A stretch of 64,000 nucleotides of DNA, from NCBI RefSeq assembly GCF_009914755.1, contig NC_060926.1; one strand, 5' to 3'. The translations under genes were made by a program, and so were the position numbers. Origin of the DNA: the human T2T-CHM13v2.0 reference genome, Homo sapiens. The notes under the pieces were generated by a model that saw only the letters and a list, made by a program, of their open reading frames with translations, ran no database searches and was not told the origin of the DNA. Shown in pieces: positions 13,338 through 27,465 of the stretch (the first letter of the stretch is position 1; the number at the start of each line of letters is the position of its first letter).

Positions 13338-14439
13338 AGTTTAGACATTTTCAAAGGAGAAAATGTGCTTATAGCAATCTGAAAAAGCTTATCTCAATTG
13401 ACTGAAAAGGAACAGTTAAGAAATTAAATGGAGCTTTGTTGTATTAAAGGAAGTCTTGATCTTGATCACATGAACCGAAGCACCTCTCCTTTTCCGTCAA
13501 TATTTGACTTTTAAAATCTGGATTACCCAGACTATAAACATGAGAGTTGCTTTTTTAAAACTCCTGTCATGCTCTCTGACTTGCAATAATCTCTTGAGCT
13601 TTCTTTCAGAAGTGACAGTGCTAGTTTGGAGAAAATTTTATTTTCTGGTAAAGTGAATTAATTTTTCTAGTTACATATATTTCATTGTAAATATATTTCT
13701 AGTGCTAGTTGATGGCAGGAGTTTCTGTTGATATAAATTGTGAACTTCAAAATACATGTTTTTAAATAAATGTTTTCCATCATACCATATAGTATTATTT
13801 TTCTAATGTGTCTCAAAATCACATTTGTGGTTGTGCATTCAGTGGGCTCCATGGCAGAGCTGGGGACCAGCGGGGCTGCCCCACAGCCATTGTAAGTTTA
13901 TTGTGAGAAAGTTGGACGCAGCCCTGGGGACTCCTGTGAGCAGTATCTCAGGATGGCAGCACTAGGCCAACCTGAAATTAATTTTTGAAGGGAAGTTATA
14001 TTTACGTCACAAATTAAAAGGTTAAACTTTTTTAAAAAAATACCTTCTTATACATTTTATAGAAACGTCATTTGAAAAATAAAAAAGAGATATAACATAT
14101 GTTCTGAAACAGAGTTTCTGGAAATAGTTTCTGGAAAAGAAGAATGTGTAACAGATTTTATTGGTATATTTCATTCCTTTCAGTGAGAGCTTTTATTTGA
14201 AAGGTGTCTTGATTTCTACACCTTTGGAGACAATCAACACGGCTGGTGTGGTCCCATTAGAGGTCATATTAAGAATACCCATGAGTGAGCTCCTCTTAGT
14301 GGGAAGAGGCGAGGAGTGAAGCCATATGGAAAAAACTACCTCTCTTAGGGACACGGTGGTAATCTCAATCATGAAGATCAAGAAGTGAAGGCAAGTCTAG
14401 CCCAACTATTCTTTAGCTGAAGAATCAGCTAATGAAGTT

Positions 14440-14578
14440 ATGTTTAAATCCACAGTCCTGGGCCCCAGCTAAAAAAAAAAAAAAAATTCAGTTTATCTTG
14501 CGGATCCCAGGACTGCATATTTTAACAAGCATCCTGAGTCAATTAAGCTGATTCTCTGAACACACTTTGAGAAACATT
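14440..14578. mobile_element. MER5-family (hAT-Charlie) fragment
   Basis: CCCAGGACTGCATATTTTAACAAGCATCC...ACACTTTGAGAAACA resembles MER5A. Confidence 0.6.
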
Positions 14579-16464
14579 CATCTGGCCCTTTCTGTATCAG
14601 CATCAATATCTGAGTGGTCTGATCTGAGCAACTGAGGCAGAACACAGCAGAAGAGCTTCAAGTCGCTATATTCTTGTCCAAGAACTTAACGTAATTCATA
14701 TTACTTAAGTAATTAATGTTATTAATGACATCAGAGAACAGAATTGGGACTCTTTTTAAGTCTCATAGAAAATTAGAAAGCAATGTATGTACTCCATATA
14801 TGTGTATATATACATATAAAAGTATTATGTATTTTAAAAAGCCCATATGTTTGCCTCATTATCATTGCAACAAATCAAAATTCCAGATCTATATACAGTC
14901 AGCCCTTTGTGTCCATAGGTTCCCCATCCTCCCATCTTCTTTTTCTCCCTCTCTGTCACCAGACTATTTCTTCTCCTGAGTTATCAGACTAAATTATTTT
15001 CCTACCAAAATCATTTCAGCTTTTGTAAAAAAAGATCAACCTGCAAAAGAGATTATAGGGTGTGAGCCAAACCATGACAGTCCCTGGTAGAACACTCTTG
15101 CACATGTTTTACTCTCCAACATTATCGTTGAGTAGACTCAGAATGCAGAAGGATGAGCTCTGCCAGGAACGTGGGGTTGCTTGTTTCCCTGAAGACTAGT
15201 TATGACTGTCTTTTTTGAACCATGCAATCATAGCAGTGTCTTGACCTTTAATATTGATGACATAATGGTTTGTTATGTTTTAATTAAGCTCTAAGAATAT
15301 TTCTGGCAATTTAGTATTACCTCTCCTGTGGCCTACACCCAGAAGTTACCCTTTCAAGGACGACGTAAAATATGATTCTGCTAATGCTAGTGTTTTACAT
15401 GCCAGTCTTTTATTCAGCTCATGGTGTTTTCTTTTCTCCTAAAAATACTTTATAGCAAAGGAATCACATCTCAAAAAGAAAAGGCATTTATTAAACTAAG
15501 GGTAGAAATAAGAAGACCAAAAGGAATTGCCAAGAAAAGCTTTTACTAATGCTTCACATTAGGAATCTGCAGAAGCCTGTGAATGAGGAAATGGCCAGAT
15601 TTAGGGAACTTGAATAATTGCCTTTGGAGAGCAAAGTTGTATTAATCTCATTGGCTTTTTGATTTGCTATTTTCCTCCCCATCTTATTCACTTCAATTTT
15701 TGTATTTTCTTTTTTCTTAGAGTGCTAACTTTCATGTTGCTTTTCTAAATTATGCACTACCCCTGCTGTCTGTCCCATTCTAATTAGGCCTTTTCTAGTT
15801 ATACTTACAATAGTGTAAAATCTCAAGACACAACTTTTCTTGCTCCTAGAGTAGGTGAGCCACAAATGAGAAGTTCAGATAGATGCAGTTTAACAGAGTC
15901 AGCAAGAATACTGACATACCCATGAGAAATCTGCCTTCCAGGTCTGACAGGTGACACCTTTGCAATGATCAGCCTTAATGGTTGATCTGCATTACTAACA
16001 TTTCCTTGGTAATCTGATGTCACATTGCAAGCAGCTCAATATTATAGGGTTTTTATCCTACATCATTAGACGTACTTCATAAATTTTGCCCAAGAGGCAG
16101 ACTTGGCTTTTACATATTTCTGTTTATTTAATGAAAAATAGATTTCCCTTTTTTCTTCCTATGTGATTTGTAATACTGCATATTAATAGATATTGAATAG
16201 AAAATACTTGTATCATATTCTCAAACATTTGAATGTGCTATATAAGCTCTATTCATGTCAAGTAGGACAATGATTTTATTTACTTTTTCAATTATTATGA
16301 CATCATTTTTATTGGTAGGACTATTTTTGCATGGAGTAGAAAAGGGCAGCCAATTTAAAAAGCTTCTTACGATAGAAGCATTGTCATTGTTCTCCACCTA
16401 GTACCTATTGCAGTTTTTCCTAAAGTAAATTGAATTAACTGGACAAGGAGCTTGGTGACCCAAA

Positions 16465-16743
16465 TTTTACTTCAGCTATCAGGCGACCTTCTTTGTAGCA
16501 AAAGTGAATCCCTTAGAAGTCTTTTGACCTTTGTTCACAGTTACACAGCTTTCAACGTTTTCTGGTTTAACTCAGAGCGCAGCACAGAGTTACAAACGAA
16601 AGAGACACCTTGCCCCTGGGGCACAACCAATTCATTTCCAGATAATTCATACCTGCAAAACTCTGACTTGCCTGCACCAGCCACAGACTCCACTGTTGAT
16701 TGCAGTGTTGCAGCTAAATTATCTGGAATCAAGGTCCAGTCTA
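16465..16743. repeat. Copy 1 of a diverged local direct duplication (function unknown)
   Basis: Shares exact collinear blocks with 17605-17860: ACAACCAATTCA, TAATTCATACCT, AGACTCCA, AAATTATC, TCAAGGTCCAG. Confidence 0.85.
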
Positions 16744-17604
16744 TATATCCCAGATATAGTTTTGGAGAAATCTTTTCTCTTTATATCGTATATTATAAGA
16801 ATAATAATATAAACTCAATCAAGAAAAGCTATTTTTAAAATACTAAACTGAAAAATTTCTCTGCCAATTTTAATTGCACTTTGGTTCCCCCTGTATATGC
16901 TGATACCCAATCTCAATGTGAGACTGATTTTTCTTCTCATACTTCCCCTCTGTTTGCTCCTTACAGCAAAGTTCCATCAAAAAAATGAATATTAACTAAA
17001 AAGAGACGAAAAAAGGGAAACTTCATAACTTACTGACTTTCTATAAAACATCCTTTATTTCCTAGCAATGTGGTTGAGGTGCGTTAGAGGAAGACAAGAA
17101 GGCAAAAACTGAAAACGTCTTCTCTAGAAATGACAGAGTTTTTTCTGCCTACATTCAACTTGAATAGGCCTTAATGTTTTTGATCTGTTTGAGACCACTA
17201 CTCAAATATTCTGTAGAGTTCACATGGGACCAAAAATTGATTTAAGACATGAAAATTAGACCTGTTGACAAAAGCTAAGGGAAGTGAGGTTATTTCACCT
17301 GGAGGAGAAAGACAAGGAAGGCATGCAATTCGAGCATGGAAAGGGTATTGCATAAAATACGGATGACAGCTATTCCATTTGAACCTGAGTTTCACATTTA
17401 ATTCCATTTGAGCAAAAATGCAGTTCAGTTTTAATTTATAAGAGGAGAAATTTGGAATCTATATTAAATCTTCTTAACTAGAACAAAGAAAAATGAAAAT
17501 TAAACATTCTTCAGTTATAATTAGAACCAAGATTGTCTTTGCTTAATAAGGCCTGAAAGCAAAGACGTTTTTTAGATGAGAATGGGTATGACTGTGTGCT
17601 TAGT

Positions 17605-17860
17605 ACTTACCATATCTCAGACCCTTTGAAGCAGGAGTAGGCCTCTAGAAAATTATGAGGACTTCTGTGTAGTCTCACTGCTTTTTATGTATGGCAGAGA
17701 AGTACAAAGCAAAAGAAACCTTTCCCCAGAAAAACCCCTGGAATACAACCAATTCACTCAACAGGTAATTCATACCTAGAAAAATGGTTTGGTAGCACCA
17801 AAGACTCCAATGCTAATTTCAACGTTGTACACAAATTATCAGGAGTCAAGGTCCAGGCTA
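17605..17860. repeat. Copy 2 of the diverged local direct duplication
   Basis: The same five blocks in the same order, at offsets of 1117-1123 bp from copy 1. Confidence 0.85.
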
Positions 17861-17889
17861 ACACAGCTTCGCCAATGTAATGATCACAA

Positions 17890-18010
17890 CAGTACAAGTG
17901 ATGAAACAGAGGCAGAAAGAAGTAGCTTGACCAGACTCACACAGCCAGTAAGTGACAAGGTTAGCTGAGAATCAGTCTATTCATGCCAAAGCTTATATTC
18001 TTTCCATTAT
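17890..18010 (-). mobile_element. MIR fragment
   Basis: GATGAAACAGAGGCAGAAAGAAGTAGCTTGACCAGACTCACACAGCCAGTAAGTGAC resembles the MIR core. Confidence 0.7.
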
Positions 18011-18180
18011 TTTACAATATATACCTAAGTGAAGTTTAAAAGTCCTTTGCAAACTCTGGATTCTACCAATACATGTCATTAATGATAGATAAGAATATTT
18101 TAGTTTTGTTTTATGTGCTAAGTAGAATTCAAGGTTAATAATAGGACAATGAAATAACTTTCTCACTCACCCCCACTCCC

Positions 18181-18548
<368 letters not shown>

Positions 18549-20459
18549 TAACAATTAAAATCTCAGAGAGCGTTCATAATTCAAGCTTTTATTTATCCAA
18601 TTGTTCTTATCAGAAGTTCTTAAACTGTTTTTTATAGAGCAGTAAAGAGTATAAAAGAGAATATGTGAGAATAAAATACTTCCTTTGCAAAATTCAATAT
18701 ATTTCTGAGGCCTAACAGACCCCAATGAAGAAAATATCCACCAAATTATTAACTTCAATGAGAATGAGAGTTGAGGCATATAGTATAATATTTCTATAAT
18801 TTTTTTTGCTGAACATAGCATGGTTTAATGAACAATAACCTTTGACTTCTTACAGAGAATCCATATCTCTAAATCAAAATGTATTTGTGTTCCTCTCTGC
18901 TTATATAGTTACATATATCATCTCAGCCCAAAGATATATTTTTTGTTGCAAATTTAAGGTGATTAAATGGTTTTTAATGGTAGCAATGTTGCAGTTTTAA
19001 TTACAGTGTTTATTATCATGAAGAATTTAATGTAAATATATGACAATTAGCAGTATTCTATTGGGGAAAGCTGAAAATAATTTGTCCCAATCTGGAGATT
19101 TGCTGAGACCCATAATATGCATACACTAATTCCTTTGCCCTAACACCACCACTGTATAAAATATCTCTAGGGATTTTAAAAGGTAAAAGTGATATTCACA
19201 GCAGGAGTGACACAGCATATAAGGGAAACTTAAATTTGGCAGGCTTTTAGCAGGATTTTCCCCCATTAAATCACAGTAGCATAAAATAAGATATGTAAAA
19301 TCACCTCATTACATTTATTTTTTAACTAGGATTTGTTTGTTTTTAAAGATCCAGGAAAAACTCACCAAATTCCTCTTCTCATACCCTACTCTACTTGAAA
19401 TCCTGTAAGAATTACCAACTACATATTGATGATTTCCATTTTTGATAGATAATTTGAGTATGTAACTTTACAAACATGAATCCTATAAACTAATGAGCAA
19501 GATTTCATTATCGAATAGCCCATCTTGCATTACTAAATGGACTACTTTTCTTAACTAACTTGGCACTTTTAAGTATATAAAGAAGCAAACAATAATGATT
19601 TTTAAAAATATTTCCACTTTCCAAGCCTTTATTCCATTTCCTGAATTTTAACCTGTCAAAAATGAAACGCATGCCTATGGAAAAGGTAATTACTTTTCTC
19701 CTTCTTTAACTTCTTCTTAATTAACTTTTAATCTATGCTGTTACAGAGGGAGCATGTCTTAATACTAAATGTGTCTAAAATGTAGGAGACAGAGATTTAA
19801 ATCATTTAGATAAACATCTGCCTAGCACAGAGGCATAAAAATTACAAAATTAGGATATGGGTGGCTGAGTGCCAACAGTAGCTGCCAGCAAAAGCAAGAT
19901 ATTGCCTTCATTTAAAAAAAATCTTTTGCTTACAAACAAACCAACTTAATAAATGACTTCTAACCATACACTCTTATATTGGAGCACATTTCTTGTTTTA
20001 TACTACATAAAATTCTAAAAACATGTGAATGAGAAATTGAAGGGAAATAACCATGCAATCATTTATGAAAGGCATGTTTTAATAGAGAAAAAATCAATAA
20101 ATTGGAAAATTTTTACCATGAAGTGAAGCACTATTGCTTTGTTTAGTTGGAGTGGATTCTGTCAACAGTAATTTAAAGTAATCAGTTCAATGATATGATC
20201 CCTGGTTGGTGTTCAGATAATTACTATACTTATGTCTAGTAATTTTCAGCTATTAAATGGAATATAGAGTGGCAAGTAAAGACAGGAAGCTTTGACCCTT
20301 AATACCCCCTTTACTATATGTGTGTAATTTGTCTTCTAATAACTGAAATAACATGACAGTAAAGTCCATACACACAAAATGGAAATAATCCTGCATCCTT
20401 TATTCAAGCCTGGTTAATCAAAATGTCTTGAATTTTTTTTTGCACAAGATGTAGTAGAA

Positions 20460-20461
<2 letters not shown>

Positions 20462-20496
<35 letters not shown>

Positions 20497-20520
20497 TAGA
20501 GAGAGAGAGAGAGGGAGAGA
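20462..20520. repeat. (CA)n(GA)n compound microsatellite
   Basis: Read directly. Confidence 0.95.
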
Positions 20521-20529
20521 AGTCATTTA

Positions 20530-22889
20530 TAAGCATACCTTGGAGATACTGCAGTTTCTGTTCCAGACTACCACAATAAAGCAAGTCACACAATTTTTTT
20601 TTGTTTCTCTGTCCATATAAAAGTTATGATACTGTAGTCTATTAAGTGTGCAATGAAATTATTTTTTTAAAAAATGAGCATTCCTTAATTTAAAAATACT
20701 TATTGGTAAAAAAAAAAAAATTCTCACAATCAACTGAGCCTTCAGCAAGTTGTAATGTTTTCACTGGTAGACAGTCTTGCCTTGATGTTGATGACTGCTG
20801 ACTGATCAGGTTGGTGACTGTGGAAGGCTGGGGTGGCTGTGGCAATTTTTAAAAATAAGACAATAAAGTTTGCCACATAGACTGACTCTTTGATAAATGA
20901 TTTCTCTGTAGCATGTGATGCTGTTTGATAACATTTTACCCACAGTAGAAATTCTTTAAAAATTGGAGTCAATCCTCTCAAACCCTTCTACTGCTTTATC
21001 AGTTAAGTTTATGGAATGTTCTAAATCCTTTGTTGTAATTTCAGCAATGTTCACAGCATCTTCCCCAGGAGTAGATTCCATCTCCAGAGACCACTTTCTT
21101 TGCTCATCCATAAGAAGCAACTTCTCATCCATTAAAATTTTATCATGAGCTTATAGCAATTTAGTCACATCCTCAGGCTTCACTTCTGGTTCTCCTATTT
21201 TCACCACATTTGCAGTTAATTCCTCCACTGGAGTTTTGAACTTCTCAAAGACATCCATGAAAGTTGGAATAAATTCCTTCCAAACTCCTGTTAATCTTTA
21301 TATTTCGATCCCCTCCCATGAATCTTGAATGTTCCTTTCCAGAAGGTTTTCAGTTTACTTTTTTTTTTTTTTTACCTTTTCAAGATCCATCAGAGGAATT
21401 ATTAGCTATGGCAGCTATACCTTATAAAGGTATTTCTCATATAATAAGACTTAAAAGTCAAAATTGCTTCTTGATCCATGGGCTGCAGGATGGATGTTGT
21501 GTTATCAGGCATCAAAACAACACTAATCTCCAATATCTTTATCAGAGCTCCTGGGTGACCTGGTTCATTGTCAATGAACAGTAATATTATTAATCTTTTT
21601 TTTGGAGCAGTAGGTCTTAACGGTGGGCTTAGAATATTTAGTAAACCATGCTGTTAAGAGATGTGCCATCATCTAGGCTTTATTGTTCCATTCATTAAGC
21701 ATAGATGGACTATATTTAGCATAATTTTCAAAGGCCCTAGGATTTTTTGAATGGTTAATGAGCATTGGCTTCAACTTAAAGTCACCAACTGCATTTGCCA
21801 CTAACAAGAGTCAGCCTGTCCTCTGAAGCTTTGAAGCCAGACATCGACTTCTCCTCTCTAGCTAAGAAAGTCCTAGATGGCATCTTCTTCCAATAGAAGG
21901 CTTTTTCATCTGTACTGAAAATCTGTTTTTTAGTGTGGCCAACTTCATCAATTATCTTAGCTAGCTAGATCTTCTAGATAACTTGCTGCAACTTCTACAT
22001 CAGCACTGGCGCTTCACCTTGCACTTTATGTTATGGAGATGGCTTCTTTCCTTAAACTTCATGAACCAACTTCTGCTAGTTTCCAACTTTTCTTCTGAAG
22101 GTTTTTTTTTTTCCTCTCTCAGCCTTCATAGAACTGAAGAGAGTTAAGGCCTTGCCCTGGATTAAGCTTTGGCTTAAAAAAAATGTTGTGGCTGGTTTGA
22201 TCTTCTATCCAGACCACCAAAACTGTCTCCATAACAGCAATAAGGCTGTGTCACTATCATTTGTGTGTTCACAGGAGCAGCACTGTTAATTTCCTTCAGG
22301 AACTTTTCCATTGCATTCATAACTTGGCTGTTTAGCATAAGACACCTAGCTTTCACCCTGTGTAAGTGTACATGCCTTCCTCCTCCAGCTTAATCATTTC
22401 TAGCTTTTTATTTGAAGTGAAAGATGTGTGACTCTTCCTTTTAACTTGAACACTTCGAGGCCATTGTAGTGTTATTAAATGGCCTAATTTCAATGCCGTT
22501 GTCTCTCAGTGAATAGAAAGTCCCAAGGAGAGGGAAGAGAGATGGGGGAGTGGCTGTTCCATGGAGCAAGCAGAACACATACAGCATTTATTAATTATGT
22601 TTGCTGTCTTATATGTATTCAGATCATGGTGCTTCAAAACAATTGCAATGGTAACATCAAAGGTCACTAATCATAGACCATCATAACAGATATAATAATA
22701 ATGAAAAAGTTTGAGATACTGTGAGAATTACCAAAATGTGACACAGAGACAAAAAGTGAGCACATGCAGACGGCAAAATATTGCTGACAGACACTGTCTA
22801 CACAGGGCTGCCACAAACCTCCAATTTGTAAAAAGCACAATATCTGTGAAGCTTAATAAAGCAAAGTACAATAAAATGAGATATGCATG
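20530..22889 (-). mobile_element. Near full-length Tigger1 DNA transposon with a decayed transposase
   Basis: Both termini resemble CAGGCATACCT (TAAGCATACCT... / ...GAGATATGCATG) and are flanked by TA (20528-20529, 22890-22891). Minus-strand ORF 22174-22356 contains SQVMNAMEKFLKEINSAAPVNTQMI, similar to Tigger1/TIGD1 transposase. Multiple stops and frameshifts. Confidence 0.92.
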
Positions 22890-23233
22890 TATCTCCTCTC
22901 CCTCTCCATATCCAAATGTAGTAAAGGAAGGAAAACAAACAATATATTTATTAAAATACTGTATTGAGAAAGGGAGGTAGAGGCATTACAAACCAGAAAT
23001 TTCCATTAGCTTCTGAGATTCAAAAGGTGGATGAAGGGTATTAAATGTATAACACAAGTTAAGGGAACCCCAGGAAACTGCTACAGTGGTGCTGAAAGGT
23101 TAATGAATTCTTGACTTGTTGCAGGACATGGGGATCACAGTCCTTTTCTCTAAATAGTTTGTGTTCCACTGTCTTCTTGCTTCCAGTAGCAAATGTAAAA
23201 TCTGACCAGTCAGTACAATGGTTTTACCTTTCA

Positions 23234-23440
<207 letters not shown>

Positions 23441-25524
23441 AATCAAGAATTTTTGTAAAAAATTTCATCCTCAGACTTCTGAATGGTTGTCTTTTTTTTC
23501 AGTTAGTGGATTATTATTTGTTTGTTATTTCAACTCCATTTGTTACCCTTTTCTTCTTCTGAAATACTGTTGGCATGTTAGATCTCTGGGATCTGTTTCT
23601 TATGATTATCATATTCTTGTGGGGTTTTTGGTCTTTGTTCTAAGTTATTTCTTCCATGTGATCTTATTACAAATACAAGTCTGAGCCATACCTGGCCTTT
23701 TCTAATTTAAATTCCAGTGTTTTATTTTATAATTTATGAATCACAATCATTATAGATTTTCTGACTATATCCGTTTGATGGTCCTCATTCATTTTATGTT
23801 ACTGTTTTCTTTGAGTTCTTCATCAGTTCTAGTAATAATTTATTGGGAACTATCACTTAAAGAATTTTGGATCACTCACCATTCCTCAGGTTACTTATAC
23901 CCTTTAAGGTTATTTTTTTTTTGCCATATTTTCATTATATGTGCCCCCAGCCTTCACACATGGGGATATTATGGGTTCTGAGCTAAGGCAGACTTTCAGT
24001 GGAGGATGGTGAAATAAAATGGAAGGCACAGTCATTTTTGCTCCCGTGGTCAGGTTATGTTATCTGTCAAATGTGTTATTCTCTCTTGAAGCATCTGGGT
24101 ACTGCATCCCCAGTCCCCTCTTTTTTTCACCCTGAGTATAAGTAAGAGCCCTGTATCACTCACAGGACCTGCGGGCAATGCAGCCCAGTAATGCAGGTGA
24201 GTGCAAGGTGACTGATTTCCTCCAAGCCTAAGAGAGTAACTGGGATCAAGCAACCTTTGAAAGACTACACAAAGCCAGTGTGCCCTCTCATCAGGGAGAT
24301 TTGTAGATTTCAGTTGATTCTCCTTAGGAAAAAAATTTTTCCCTATACCATCTGCAGAATATTAGATTCATCCTCCGGCTCTACCCAGATGCCTCCAGCT
24401 TGCATGCACCATATTCTAAATGACTCCAAAGAGAGTTGGGAGGAAGAAGGAGCCAGGGATGAAAACCTTAGTTCCCAAACATTCCTTATTTTGAAAAGGA
24501 GACAAAAATATTGTTTATTTTGAATAATGTGACTATATATCTCTAAAACCTAAAGGATAAAATGAAATGCTTTTTAAACATAAGATAATTCAGTAAGATT
24601 ATGGGTTACTATAATGAATGTCCAAAAATAAAACAGAAAACATAGCAAAACAAAAATCGAAAGAAAAAGGATAATGTATAATAACAATACAACCATAAAT
24701 CTCTTGGAATGGAATTAATAAGCAATGTGTAATACTTATAATGATAAAACTATAACACTCTCTTAGAAAACAAAATGACATGTAAAGAGAGAGGTTTTCT
24801 TTGTTCTTGATTGGAATATTTAGCACTGTAAAGAGGGTAGATATCTTAAAAATGTCTTCATGAAATCAGAACAAATATTCAGAATTCCAATAGGATTGCT
24901 TTTCTCGGGCATGGGAGTGGGACAGAGAGTTGGAATGCTACAACACAAATAAATCTCAAGTACCTGATACATTACATATGAGAGGATTCAGAAAATTCCT
25001 TCCCAAAATAAAATATATTATAAAACTAGAATTAAAATATGATGTAAATGAAGAAATACATTACAGAAGCAATGATTTTCAAGACATCAGACATCAGGCT
25101 ATGAAGAACTATGCTACTTGAGTGATGGGAACAATTTAGGGAAGTCCCATAAGGAGTCTTCAGCTAAAACCTTGAGATAGCTTTTGGGAAATGGCATATG
25201 GCAGACTCTCTAAGAGGAGAAGTTGAAAAGTGACTCAAGTTTGTGAGACAGAGTACTAAGAGAGGTAAGTCCTTCATAGAGAAACTCGAATATCTTCAAA
25301 CGGATCTCCTGAAGCATTTAGCAGAGTACTAATCAACACATATTTATGAGGAAAGTACATAAAGCTTGGAAAGAACATGTGAAAGGATTAGAGGAAGGGA
25401 AGCAGTGCCAAAAGCTGAGATATGGTGCTGGGAATTATGCGTGTTATAACCAGACAGATTGGAAAAACTCATAATCCACAGGGCACTAGGTTAGTACTCA
25501 GGAAAGTCTCATAATTTCATTTGG

Positions 25525-25919
25525 TGTATTAGTATGAGTTTTCCAGAGATATAGAACCAATGGAATGTATGCATGCGTGTGTATACATATACTTTAAGAA
25601 TTGATTGTGGAGGCTGGCTAGTCCAAAATCTCCAGGGCAGACCAGTAGGCTGGAGACTCACAGAAGGGTTGATATTGCAGTTCAAGTCTGAAGGCAGTCT
25701 TGATGCAGAATTTTCTCTTACATGGGGGTCCTCAGTTTTTTTCTCTTAATGCTTTCAACTAATTGGATGTGACCCACCTGCATTATGGAAGGTAATCTGC
25801 TTTACTTACAGCTACTGATTGCATCTAAAATATACCTTCATAGAAACATCTAGGCCTATGTTTGACCAAAACTGGATACTATAGTTTAACAAAGTTGACA
25901 CATAAAATTAATCACCATA
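25525..25919 (-). mobile_element. MLT2-family (ERVL) solo LTR inserted in an old L1 5' region
   Basis: TGTATTAG...TTTCCAGAGATATAGAACCAAT...GGCTGGAGACTCA...AAGTTGACACATAAAATTAA. Confidence 0.8.
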
Positions 25920-26143
25920 CTCAGTATTTTACAGTACTCAGAAGTTGCTTCAGTAGTGAGGAGTAAGCAGCCCTAGGTTGAGCACTGCTCTGGACCCATT
26001 TAACAAGTTAGAAGGCAAGACTCAAAAGGATGGAGCTATAGGAGGAATTTTAAAAATAATTTAACACCCAACAAGATAAAGTTCCCAGTGTTTGTTATCC
26101 AATAAAAAAGCAGGAAAATAGCATACATAATGAATAAAAGCAT

Positions 26144-26144
<1 letters not shown>

Positions 26145-26198
<54 letters not shown>
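26145..26198. repeat. (CA)n microsatellite
   Basis: Read directly. Confidence 0.97.
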
Positions 26199-26200
<2 letters not shown>

Positions 26201-26231
26201 CAGTGTGTAGTATTCAGAAGAAAGACTGCTA

Positions 26232-26687
<456 letters not shown>

Positions 26688-27071
26688 CTACACAACCCAT
26701 TTCAATTGATGGCAACACAATCTTTTCAGATGGTGAGAACAAAAACCTTGAAGTTATTATTTTACTCCTCTCTTTCTCTCCAGTTCCACATCTAATTCAT
26801 CACAATATCTTGTTGGCACCACCGCACCTGTTGTAATAGCCTCCTCTTTTTTTTTTTTTTTTTTTTTTAGTCTCTGCTCTCTTATAGTTTAATCTCGACA
26901 TGGTAAAACAGAGTGATTCTTGCAACATGTGACTCTGATCAGTCACTCCTATGGCCAGTCTCAAGAAAGGATTTTCATTTTATTCAAATAGAAGCTAATG
27001 TCCTTCCAGTGACCTACATGATCTGCTCCTCCGCTTTTCTTCTGACAACATCTCCTATGATTCTCCTAGCT

Positions 27072-27386
27072 CAGCACTGTCTAATGATGAAATGTAATGT
27101 GAGTCACATATGCAATTTTAAAGTTTTTAGTAGCACATTAAAATGTTGAAAATAAGTGAAATTAATTTAATAACATTATATTTAACCCAACATTTCAAAA
27201 ACATCATTTCAACAACATGAAACCAGTATAAAAATTCAACAAGTAATCAATATAAAAATGATTTTTGGTATTTTTTTCATGCACAGCCTTAAAAATCAGA
27301 AATGTATGTTATACTAATAGCACATCTTAAATTGGTTTAGCTCAATAGCCATGTGTGATAAATGGGTACTATATCAAACAGCACAG
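27072..27386. mobile_element. MER33 (hAT-Charlie)
   Basis: CAGCACTGTCTAAT...TGTAATGTGAGTCACATATGCAATTTTAAA...CTCAATAGCCATGTG...ACAGCACAG. Candidate 8-bp TSD TCCTAGCT/TGCCAGCT. Confidence 0.75.
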
Positions 27387-27465
27387 TGCCAGCTCTTGCC
27401 TCTCCAGGCACATTGGTTTCCTTTATATTCCTGGAACATGCCACCCATACTTTTGCTTCACAACC

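Noticed and set aside
13935-13965. CTCF-like CAGGATGGCAGCA
   Set aside because: Poor match to the 5' half of the CTCF core.
14170-14395. Possible exon after TTCATTCCTTTCAG
   Set aside because: The acceptor is plausible, but there is no recognisable protein and no convincing in-frame donor. A non-coding exon cannot be excluded.
16452-16838. 128-aa plus-strand ORF through copy 1
   Set aside because: Non-ATG start, no recognisable family, and copy 2 has a +1 shift with a stop in the homologous frame.
17250-17370. Coding-looking purine-rich stretch
   Set aside because: It resembles a CR1/L3 remnant (GGTTATTTCACCTGGAGGAGAAA) and has stops nearby.
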